From a virus, in UHGV virus genome UHGV-0010228: a stretch of DNA of 64,000 nt. One strand, written 5' to 3'. Both the position numbers and the translations under genes were made by a program. Numbering within the stretch: position 1 is the first letter of the stretch; every line of letters starts with the position of its first letter. Below, one piece after another: positions 50,368 to 58,791 of this stretch. The notes beneath the pieces are model-generated. The model searched no databases, was not told the origin of the DNA, and worked only from the letters and a program-made list of their open reading frames with translations.

Positions 50368-50369
50368 AA

Positions 50370-50888
50370 TTACTTCTTATCATTATCTTTAGTAGCATGA
50401 TATTTATTAATAGTATCGGAATCAGTATACTTTTCCGGCACATCAACATACTTATGAATCTGACTTCTAGGATGGATCTTTACAACCACACCAGTCTCAT
50501 TCATAGCTTTAATTATTGCCTTAGCAATTTCTGCTTTCCATTTAGGATTAGCAAAATGGAAATACTGAATAGCTCGACCAATTAATTCTTTAGTAGCAAC
50601 TGGATCATTTTTAACTATAAGAGGATATTTTCTCTGACGCTTACCATCTTTATCTGTGAATACAATAGCAAAGGCTTCATCTGGAAGTGCATCTCTAGTT
50701 TTAGAATCCAATATCTGCTTCTTTCTAACGCCCTCAAAGGCAAAATCAAATACAGACTCAAATGCTAAATCTTCTTCACAAACTTCATCATCCTGAGTAT
50801 GATTTATATCATTTAACTGTTCAATTAAAATATCGAGATCATAATTTGGATCAGTATCGCCAAAATAAAAATCACTTACGATTCCCAT
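50370..50888 (-). CDS. hypothetical protein (172 aa)
   Basis: GAAAGGAGAATTATC-ATG. Confidence 0.6.
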   Translation of the reverse strand: MGIVSDFYFGDTDPNYDLDILIEQLNDINHTQDDEVCEEDLAFESVFDFAFEGVRKKQILDSKTRDALPDEAFAIVFTDKDGKRQRKYPLIVKNDPVATKELIGRAIQYFHFANPKWKAEIAKAIIKAMNETGVVVKIHPRSQIHKYVDVPEKYTDSDTINKYHATKDNDKK

Positions 50889-50978
50889 GATAATTCTCCT
50901 TTCGTAATTCAGAATTTTATTGAATTGTTAAAAAATTAAATAGATAGTAGAATGATATCTACTATCTATTTAATTTAT

Positions 50979-51611
50979 TTAGAGGTCTTCTTTATCCGCT
51001 ACAGGAGTAGGAGCTTTGTAAGGGTCGAAAATAACTTCATTTCGATATACTCCTATAGCATCTTCAAGATTAATCTTTTTGCTTACAAATGCAAATGATC
51101 CTCGATTATTAGTTATTTCTGATAAGTCAATATTATTTACAGATTCACCATCAATAATATCTGTAATAATATTCTTTATATAACCATAATGCCGACGAAT
51201 GTTTTCGCCTTCTTTAACAGATATCATTACAAAATCTGTACTATTAATATCAACATTATATGGCCCATGTATTGTATCGAAAGTGAATACAAAGTCGGAT
51301 TCTTTATTTCTAGGACTTGGTATTCTTCCATAACGAATAAATACTCTCTCTGCAGATATGATATCTGAGAGTAATATTGTACGAGGAATTGTAAGATGTG
51401 TTGGTCCTTCTTCAGACCACTGAACATTAGATTCTAATGTAACTTCCTTTTTTTCTTCATTTATGATTACATTACATATAGATGCTATCAATTCCATCCC
51501 ATTGTTTAATCTAAAATGATATGTGCATGATGATGAAATGAATCCTGATATTGGCTGATCTTCCTTAAATACAGGAATATTCCATCCCTTTCTAACAGTA
51601 GCTGATGCCAT
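50979..51611 (-). CDS. hypothetical protein (210 aa)
   Basis: GAGAGGAGATTAAC-ATG. Confidence 0.6.
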   Translation of the reverse strand: MASATVRKGWNIPVFKEDQPISGFISSSCTYHFRLNNGMELIASICNVIINEEKKEVTLESNVQWSEEGPTHLTIPRTILLSDIISAERVFIRYGRIPSPRNKESDFVFTFDTIHGPYNVDINSTDFVMISVKEGENIRRHYGYIKNIITDIIDGESVNNIDLSEITNNRGSFAFVSKKINLEDAIGVYRNEVIFDPYKAPTPVADKEDL

Positions 51612-51706
51612 GTTAATCTCCTCTCTATAAAAACTTTCTTTAAAAATAAAATATTAATAAGTTATTTACATTGTAATAATATAATATTAGAGAGGAGACT
51701 CATTAA

Positions 51707-51865
51707 ATGAAATATAAAGTAACATGGTATAATCAGAATGAAATAGTTTCTGTTGAACCAGAATTAATTGAAGCTGCAAATGAAGAAGAAGCTAGATCGA
51801 AGGCATATATTAGGTATAATGGTAACCCACCAGGACCTATGGTATATTTAGAGGAAGTGAAATAA
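51707..51865 (+). CDS. small protein (52 aa)
   Basis: AGAGGAG RBS. Sequence MKYKVTWYNQNEIVSVEPELIEAANEEEARSKAYIRYNGNPPGPMVYLEEVK. Below the ORF-table cut-off. Confidence 0.4.
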   Translation: MKYKVTWYNQNEIVSVEPELIEAANEEEARSKAYIRYNGNPPGPMVYLEEVK

Positions 51866-51868
51866 ATT

Positions 51869-52258
51869 ATGAAAGAAATTATTATTATAATATTTACGAT
51901 TTTTGCTTTCATGTTATTATTTATAACGATTGCTTATTATGAATTTTATCAGTATAAAAAATGGATTGCTAGAAAGATGCCAATTCAAAATGATTTTGGA
52001 ACTCTAATGCAGATATTGACTGCAACAATAAAAACCGAATTAGATCTATATGAAGATGATATATTTAGTAATAAAGGTGGTATTACTAATAGCAACTTCG
52101 ATAATTATTATAACGATCTATGTTTGAGAATCATCAATTCACTATCTAAGCAATTTATAGATCAGCTTACACAATATATTACATATGAAACTATAGTACG
52201 ATATATAGCTAGATCTGTAAAAAAATATTTGTCAGAAAAAGTTAATGGGACATTTTAA
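51869..52258 (+). CDS. membrane protein (129 aa)
   Basis: N-terminal TM helix. Confidence 0.55.
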   Translation: MKEIIIIIFTIFAFMLLFITIAYYEFYQYKKWIARKMPIQNDFGTLMQILTATIKTELDLYEDDIFSNKGGITNSNFDNYYNDLCLRIINSLSKQFIDQLTQYITYETIVRYIARSVKKYLSEKVNGTF

Positions 52259-52260
52259 AA

Positions 52261-52294
52261 ATATAGGATATGGAAACTTTCCATATCCTATATT
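52261..52294. terminator. Bidirectional terminator atataggatatggaaa/tttccatatcctatat
   Basis: Palindrome between convergent genes. Confidence 0.65.
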
Positions 52295-52296
52295 TA

Positions 52297-52698
52297 TTAA
52301 TTATTTTCCTTCATAGCTTTCTTAGCTTCTTTAGCAGCCTTACGTCTAGCAAAGAATCCTCTAAGACCAGTCTTCTTTACTGGTGTTAAATCTTTGCCCT
52401 CTTCCTTAAGTTCTTTAATCCTTTCAGTATCAAGTGGCTTCATTTCAGATTCCTCCTCCTTTTTTTCCATGTTATTTAAATTTTTTATTTTATTCTTTTC
52501 GAGTATGATATGAACTTCATTATATAAAGCACCATCTAATTCCTTAAGACGAACATGCATATCCTTGCTAATCGTTGTTTTAGATACGTTAAATTCCTTA
52601 GATGCTGCAAGCATTGTTGATTTATGATTAACAATCCACTTAGCTTCGTCAATAACCCGCTTATCAATAACTTCACTAAATACAAATTCTTTTTCCAT
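52297..52698 (-). CDS. SpoIIID-like helix-turn-helix transcriptional regulator (133 aa)
   Basis: ASKEFNVSKTTISKDMHVRLKELDGALYNEVHIIL resembles SpoIIID (IAKEFGVSKSTVHKDLTERLPEINPDLANEVKEIL). Lys-rich C-terminus. AGGAGGAGTAATTTTC-ATG. Confidence 0.55.
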   Translation of the reverse strand: MEKEFVFSEVIDKRVIDEAKWIVNHKSTMLAASKEFNVSKTTISKDMHVRLKELDGALYNEVHIILEKNKIKNLNNMEKKEEESEMKPLDTERIKELKEEGKDLTPVKKTGLRGFFARRKAAKEAKKAMKENN

Positions 52699-52712
52699 GA
52701 AAATTACTCCTC

Positions 52713-53459
52713 CTATTTTAAGAATAGTTTGGTTAATGGTAGAACTATATTTTTATAATTAAATGAAATATCTAAATCATTTAAATCATCTTCAGTTATC
52801 TCATCAATTATCGTAGAATATTCTTCGATCATTAGTCGATATTGAGAATCTGAATTATATTCTCTATAATGATCAAGTATAAGATCTTTATTTTTATAGG
52901 CTTGTAGATACTCTTTTAAATATTTATTTACTGAGTAACCATTATTACCTATTGTTGTAATATCCCTAATAAATCGATTCATACCATTATCATGTAATTT
53001 TATTTTATCATCTGGAAGTCCTTTAACATCAAACGACTTTCCAATATAGAATTCGTATTGTGGAATAAGAAGAAAATGCTTGTATTTATTCTTGGCCACA
53101 AAATTAACTATATTATCTAAAGAATTATACTTTATACTATAATTCTTTACAAATATAGCATCTCTTTTTATAGAGATTATGTTATCTTCAGGAATTTTAT
53201 TCAATTCTATAAAAAGATTAACTGCATCATTAAATCCTCGTTCTAATTTAGAAGCAAAGTCGGGATCTTTTTGCATGATCCCGACTTTTATAACTCGCTT
53301 CTCTTTTGATAAATTGGCCAATTTATCAATATCTTTATCAGGTAATAAGTTATAATATTTCATTATAGAAGTATTACCTGATTTGATATCCCATTCGACT
53401 ATTTCAGAATTTAATATAAGAGGATTATTCTTATTTGTCCTGAACATTAGTCTGACCAA
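52713..53459 (-). CDS. hypothetical protein (248 aa)
   Basis: Operon member. Confidence 0.6.
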   Translation of the reverse strand: MVRLMFRTNKNNPLILNSEIVEWDIKSGNTSIMKYYNLLPDKDIDKLANLSKEKRVIKVGIMQKDPDFASKLERGFNDAVNLFIELNKIPEDNIISIKRDAIFVKNYSIKYNSLDNIVNFVAKNKYKHFLLIPQYEFYIGKSFDVKGLPDDKIKLHDNGMNRFIRDITTIGNNGYSVNKYLKEYLQAYKNKDLILDHYREYNSDSQYRLMIEEYSTIIDEITEDDLNDLDISFNYKNIVLPLTKLFLK

Positions 53460-54157
53460 AGAAAACGATCAAGATCGTCAGTAAGCCCAAACGAATACTC
53501 ATCTTTGTGCTTTTTCTTCTTATCTTTCTTTTTCTTTTTCTTATCCATCTTATCATCTTCATCATGATGTTTATCCTTTTTATCTTTATCTTTTTTACCT
53601 TTAGATACTTTATCTTCTAAGTCAGATATTCTATTGGATACCTTATTTAAATCTTCCTTAGAAAGCTTCTTTCCTAAAATTTTCTTATTCTCTTTAAGTA
53701 CGTCTTCCATATATATAAACTGTGGAAGATTCTTAAATAATTTTTTATATTCATTTAAGAATCTTATTCCCATAGCTTTATATACTTTATTAGGTAATAC
53801 TATAAATACATTAATTTCAGGAATTGGTTTGTTTGCATTAGATAATGCAAACATTGTTTTTACCGCCTTAATCATTGAAGCTTTAACTCTACGATTATCA
53901 AAATAATCATCAATTATATCTTCAACCTTATCAGGATCATAATCGTCGTCGTCATCATCTTCTGTTAAGATTTTAATTAATTTTCTAGGCGGTGTAAAAT
54001 TCCCATCTGAAGTGCAATGGCTAAATGTATCACTAATTGTTTTAGCTGTAGATACTGAAGATCCTGTATCTTCTCCATCTATTATGAAATAATCATAATC
54101 TGGAAGGATCTTCTTCGCCATCTTTTCAAAACTCTTTTTCTTACAAATATAAATCAT
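53447..54157 (-). CDS. hypothetical protein with poly-Asp tract and Lys-rich tail (236 aa)
   Basis: TAGGAGGTAAATAGT-ATG. Confidence 0.6.
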   Translation of the reverse strand: MIYICKKKSFEKMAKKILPDYDYFIIDGEDTGSSVSTAKTISDTFSHCTSDGNFTPPRKLIKILTEDDDDDDYDPDKVEDIIDDYFDNRRVKASMIKAVKTMFALSNANKPIPEINVFIVLPNKVYKAMGIRFLNEYKKLFKNLPQFIYMEDVLKENKKILGKKLSKEDLNKVSNRISDLEDKVSKGKKDKDKKDKHHDEDDKMDKKKKKKDKKKKHKDEYSFGLTDDLDRFLWSD

Positions 54158-54158
54158 A

Positions 54159-54965
54159 CTATTTACCTCCTATAGTACTTTCAATATTAATTAAATCTGG
54201 AAGCTTGAAACCATTTAACATTTCCATAGTTTCCATCTCTAACTTATCATAATGATTTGCCATTTTCTGAATTATTCTATGTGGCGGAACTTGCAATCTA
54301 CATTTTGGGTTATTACATTCAAAACGTGTATAATTTCTATCCCATTCCAATTTAGCACCACATCTTGGGCATCTAAATAATTCAGTTTTATTTTCTAATG
54401 TTAATGGATATAAATATCCATAATCAAGAATACGAATTTCATCACCTTCAGGTGTTTCAATATATCCATAATTAGCAGAATTTTTTACTGTAAATCCAAT
54501 ATCATCAAATATAAACGCTGACGATATTTGTGATAACATATCTTTGATTACTGGCTCATTATATATAAATTGCTCCTGATCCATAACATTTACATACTGT
54601 TGACATAATATTAACATATTAGTCTCATATGATTTTGCTAAGAATCTAGGCATTTCTGCTGATCGTTTAAATTCCGTAAAATTATCAACGATCCCTCGTC
54701 TATCAAGAGCGACTTTAAATACAAAATTATTTTTCAGTAATCCAATTCTATTAGTACCAGTACCTAATTCATCAAATCCATATGGTTCACATATATATTT
54801 TATAATTTCTGCTCTAGCATTATTATCCATTATATCAACTGATAATGCCTGATAAAATAATGCTTTTAATATCTCATCAGGGAAATATTCCTTGATGAGA
54901 CTTTCTGGCACCTCTTTCTCGACAGTTTTATTAAAATCAAGATCGAGGTTTGGTAATTTAAACAT
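54159..54965 (-). CDS. hypothetical protein with C-terminal Zn ribbon (CPRCG...CNNPKC) (268 aa)
   Basis: AAAGGAGATTTATA-ATG. Confidence 0.6.
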   Translation of the reverse strand: MFKLPNLDLDFNKTVEKEVPESLIKEYFPDEILKALFYQALSVDIMDNNARAEIIKYICEPYGFDELGTGTNRIGLLKNNFVFKVALDRRGIVDNFTEFKRSAEMPRFLAKSYETNMLILCQQYVNVMDQEQFIYNEPVIKDMLSQISSAFIFDDIGFTVKNSANYGYIETPEGDEIRILDYGYLYPLTLENKTELFRCPRCGAKLEWDRNYTRFECNNPKCRLQVPPHRIIQKMANHYDKLEMETMEMLNGFKLPDLINIESTIGGK

Positions 54966-54977
54966 TATAAATCTCCT

Positions 54978-56195
54978 TTAATATCCTAAATCCAAATCAG
55001 AATCTGCACTCATTCCATAATCATATTCACCAATTTCATAATCATCGATATCTATATCTGATAATCTGAATGACATTTCACCATTACGGAAGAATGACCT
55101 TCGATGACCATTTAGTACGTTCATGATACGACTATCTGATTCAAATTCTTCTTTGGCTCGTTTCTTGGCTTTCTTCTGACGCTTTTTAAGTTTCTTCCTC
55201 TCTTTCTTAGTCATTGGTGTTACTCCACATTCTGCACCAATCTTCTGACGAAGCATTTTAGCACCAGATTTACCAAGATCCTTCATCTGATCTCCAATAT
55301 CAAGGCCACATTTATACATATATGTGGCAACTTCAATCTTATCGATATCAGACTGACGGACTAATCTACCATTCATTACTTGAACCGTATCCATAGCTTC
55401 AAGTCTAGCTATTTCACTTTCTGTCATACCATCATATTTATGCATTTCTTCATAAATTGCAATAATTGAATCTGGATCTTCAGTTTCGCGTCCTTTCTGA
55501 TCAAATCGAATTGGTTTATTAGAATTGATGAAATCAATGATAGCATCAGTATCTGCCATACCAGAATATTTAAGATAAATATTCTTCTTCCTCTTCTTTC
55601 TTTCCTGCCGTCTATATTCATATTCCATTTCTTCTGGAACATAATCCATATCAAATACTTCATCAGGAAGATCTAATACTGCAGGATCTACAGGATGTGT
55701 TTCAGCATAACGCTTCATCACAAATCCTTTCATTTTATTAAAGAATCTATCATCATCTCTCCATACTGGAATTGGAGAATTTAATAACTTCTTATTCTTC
55801 TTCTTCATCTTTAATTTAGGTTCTGGTGGAATATATATATCTAATACACCTCCATCAACTAAAGATTCAACAAAGTCCAGAGGACCATACATATCTGTAA
55901 TCTTTGCAATATATTCATCGTATATATCAATAGCATCAGCCCAATCAAAATAGTCACCATATTTGCGACGAATTGTGCGAGCTTCACTATCATCAATTGA
56001 AGATGTTGATACTGATCTTGTCAAATAATCGTCATCTTCAAAGTTGTTATGTTGAACACTTAACACGAAATCTGGGAGCTCAATCAAATCTGTTTTTGCG
56101 AGCTTCATTATCTGCCTAGCTCTTTCGTGTAAATCTTCAATATCATAATCATCTGGATTAGCAACATCCATAGGATTATCTATCATATCAAACAT
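54978..56195 (-). CDS. hypothetical protein (405 aa)
   Basis: TAGGAGGTTAGGTCTAA-ATG. Confidence 0.6.
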   Translation of the reverse strand: MFDMIDNPMDVANPDDYDIEDLHERARQIMKLAKTDLIELPDFVLSVQHNNFEDDDYLTRSVSTSSIDDSEARTIRRKYGDYFDWADAIDIYDEYIAKITDMYGPLDFVESLVDGGVLDIYIPPEPKLKMKKKNKKLLNSPIPVWRDDDRFFNKMKGFVMKRYAETHPVDPAVLDLPDEVFDMDYVPEEMEYEYRRQERKKRKKNIYLKYSGMADTDAIIDFINSNKPIRFDQKGRETEDPDSIIAIYEEMHKYDGMTESEIARLEAMDTVQVMNGRLVRQSDIDKIEVATYMYKCGLDIGDQMKDLGKSGAKMLRQKIGAECGVTPMTKKERKKLKKRQKKAKKRAKEEFESDSRIMNVLNGHRRSFFRNGEMSFRLSDIDIDDYEIGEYDYGMSADSDLDLGY

Positions 56196-56331
56196 TTAGA
56201 CCTAACCTCCTATATAATATTTTATTCCCATTCTTCATTGTAATAATATATTAGCAAAAAATAAACTTAAGAATTGATAAGGATAGGAGCTAGTAGCGTT
56301 TAACTACTAGCTCCCTATCGGAGAATAAATA

Positions 56332-56595
56332 CTATGAGATTGAAGATTCTTCAGAATTTATCTCTGAAATATCTTCCGGATTTATATCAACATCTGAATT
56401 AGATGTAGATGTCGCTTCCGCTTCAATATTGTCAGATTCGATGTTACCATCTCCACCATACTCTGGATCGTCAGCTGGGCAACACGCATAGTCTGGTGCT
56501 GATCCATCCTTAGAGAATATACCTTTTGCGATCCACAGTCCTGCGCATACAATTGCAATACCGATAATTACTAAAACCTTTTTAATTCCTGACAT
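56332..56595 (-). CDS. small secreted/membrane-anchored acidic protein (87 aa)
   Basis: N-terminal hydrophobic helix then a D/E/S-rich tail. AAGGAGGACATAAAA-ATG. Confidence 0.55.
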   Translation of the reverse strand: MSGIKKVLVIIGIAIVCAGLWIAKGIFSKDGSAPDYACCPADDPEYGGDGNIESDNIEAEATSTSNSDVDINPEDISEINSEESSIS

Positions 56596-56636
56596 TTTTA
56601 TGTCCTCCTTTATAAGTACTTATAAGATGTATTTTA

Positions 56637-56653
56637 TCACATTAATAATATAT
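56637..56653 (-). promoter_or_regulatory. Conserved promoter-like motif copy
   Basis: ATATATTATTAATGTGATAAAATACAT upstream of gene 56332..56595. Confidence 0.5.
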
Positions 56654-56674
56654 CAATAAAATTAATATCTATTT

Positions 56675-57175
56675 TTACATTCTATAAAATCCTTCTATAG
56701 GAATATAATCATCGAATTCTTCGTCTATATCATATACAAATTTACGATAAAAATCTGGTAAATTATATAACTGATCAACAAAATTAGTCGCTAAGTATCC
56801 AGTGATTTTATCGATTGTTGATACAATATCAGATTCATTTCTAATTTTACTTTCGTCAATACATAATACAATATAATTTGATGAATAAATTTCAAAATCT
56901 AAATCACCATTCGTGATTATTAAGAATAAACCCTTTAATGGTTCTAATGTCTCTGTCTTACATAATACCCCAACTACCATCGAACCTGAAATTATAGCAT
57001 TACGTTTACGACCATTAATTGGATATAATTTATGTAAATTTCGAAGTATGTCCGAAATAGAGAGATCAGTAACATCTAAATTTAACTGAACATAATCAAG
57101 ATCAGTTACTTTTTCTGGTAAGAATTTCTTCAGAAAATTTTCCTTTGACTCTACCATTATATCAACTCCTTTCAT
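56675..57175 (-). CDS. hypothetical protein (166 aa)
   Basis: AAAGGAGTTGATATA-ATG. Confidence 0.6.
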   Translation of the reverse strand: MKGVDIMVESKENFLKKFLPEKVTDLDYVQLNLDVTDLSISDILRNLHKLYPINGRKRNAIISGSMVVGVLCKTETLEPLKGLFLIITNGDLDFEIYSSNYIVLCIDESKIRNESDIVSTIDKITGYLATNFVDQLYNLPDFYRKFVYDIDEEFDDYIPIEGFYRM

Positions 57176-57246
57176 ATTTTTAATATATTAGTTTATAATA
57201 TAAATAGAGATACATATTTGTATCTCTATTTATAAATTTATAATTA

Positions 57247-57948
57247 TTATTCACTTTTATCTTTCATACTCATTGCATTTTTCCATTCTTCTGGAATTTC
57301 AGGTAAATTTACACCTTCAATATTAACATATACGAATTCTGTGTCTAGTACATCTGATAATATATCTGGGCACTTAAGACTTAATTCAACCTTAGCTTCA
57401 AGTTTTTCTATCACTTTAGGATCCATATATTCTTCATATTCATTAAAGAATCTATCATATGAATGATATATTTTCTGCAATGGAATAAATATCTTATCTG
57501 CATGGACTAAATCGTGCATAGTTTTAGATAGTGGGACCAAACCAACTTTACCCTCATAGTGCAATTCTTCAACTTCATCGGCTACTGTAAAATGATTCAG
57601 TGGAATACCTAAAGCTTCATATTTATTAACTACTGTTTGTACTATATCAAATAATGTAAATGGTTCATGATGTATCTCTATTCTATATCTTCTACCATTA
57701 GAAGTTGATAATCCTTTTAATACCTCACAGCGATTCATATCTAAATTATTTTTTAAGAATTTTATATGATCTCGATATTCATCGGATCGTCTAATCATCA
57801 TTTCTACATCTTTAATAAATCTAACTTTATCCTTAGTTTTATTAAATACTATAACCGGGCGTTCTAATTTCTCATCTAATGATATATTAATAGAAGATTC
57901 TGGTCTTTCTCTCTTAGTGTTTGCTAATGCACTACGATATAATATCAT
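57247..57948 (-). CDS. hypothetical protein (233 aa), paralog of 49235..49879
   Basis: Shared HH...N...H segments with the paralog. Confidence 0.6.
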   Translation of the reverse strand: MILYRSALANTKRERPESSINISLDEKLERPVIVFNKTKDKVRFIKDVEMMIRRSDEYRDHIKFLKNNLDMNRCEVLKGLSTSNGRRYRIEIHHEPFTLFDIVQTVVNKYEALGIPLNHFTVADEVEELHYEGKVGLVPLSKTMHDLVHADKIFIPLQKIYHSYDRFFNEYEEYMDPKVIEKLEAKVELSLKCPDILSDVLDTEFVYVNIEGVNLPEIPEEWKNAMSMKDKSE

Positions 57949-58703
57949 ACATTAAACCTCCGTCCTTCTGGAATTATAATTGGAGACATTTCTTCGCAAT
58001 GCTTCAATTCCTCATATGTTGTAAAACTATGAGCTCTAAGGCATGAAATTGCTTGTGGGACTTCTTTTGCAATTTCCCAATAGTTTGATCCTCCATAAGT
58101 GTTAACCCTATATGGCATATGGATGTAATCAAAATTATGGTATAAAGTTTTTTCATCAATAAGCCTTTTAGCTTTTCTAGGTGTCATATAATTTGCAAAA
58201 TATATTCTACCAATAGTATTAGACCAAGTTGAGACTAATATATCAGAACCCCTTCTAGCAATAGGCATCTCTCTAGTATCAAATGTTATTGTATAAACTT
58301 CTCTATTAATATTTTTATCTCCATATAAAGATATTGTGTGTGATTGCGACTCAATTACATCAGATAAGAAATCATCTGAAGTTCCAATCCCAACTTTATT
58401 ATTAGTTAATATATAACATTCTTTCTTAAGATGATGCTTAAGTTCGTACCATAAGTTATATATATCCGAGATATATATAACATCTATTGCTGGAGGTACA
58501 ATATAGATTTTTTTATATGACATTTTCTTAGCTATGTTGTATCCATCATTAAAGAAATTAGGAACTAATGGAATCATTATAAGAGTATCATTCCACGAAT
58601 TCGTCATACAATATATAGTAGATCTATAATAATCTCCATTTTCATACGGCGGTCTAAATAACCCATAATATCCAATTAGTGGATATGAAGAAGGATAACT
58701 CAT
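57945..58703 (-). CDS. hypothetical protein (252 aa)
   Basis: TAGGAGGTGAATAGAT-ATG. Overlaps the next gene by 4 nt. Confidence 0.6.
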   Translation of the reverse strand: MSYPSSYPLIGYYGLFRPPYENGDYYRSTIYCMTNSWNDTLIMIPLVPNFFNDGYNIAKKMSYKKIYIVPPAIDVIYISDIYNLWYELKHHLKKECYILTNNKVGIGTSDDFLSDVIESQSHTISLYGDKNINREVYTITFDTREMPIARRGSDILVSTWSNTIGRIYFANYMTPRKAKRLIDEKTLYHNFDYIHMPYRVNTYGGSNYWEIAKEVPQAISCLRAHSFTTYEELKHCEEMSPIIIPEGRRFNV

Positions 58704-58791
58704 ATCTATTCACCTCCTATTAGATTATCTAAATGTTATTTATTATTCCTCGAAAACACGAGGATAAAATAAATACATGTAATAAAGAGAG

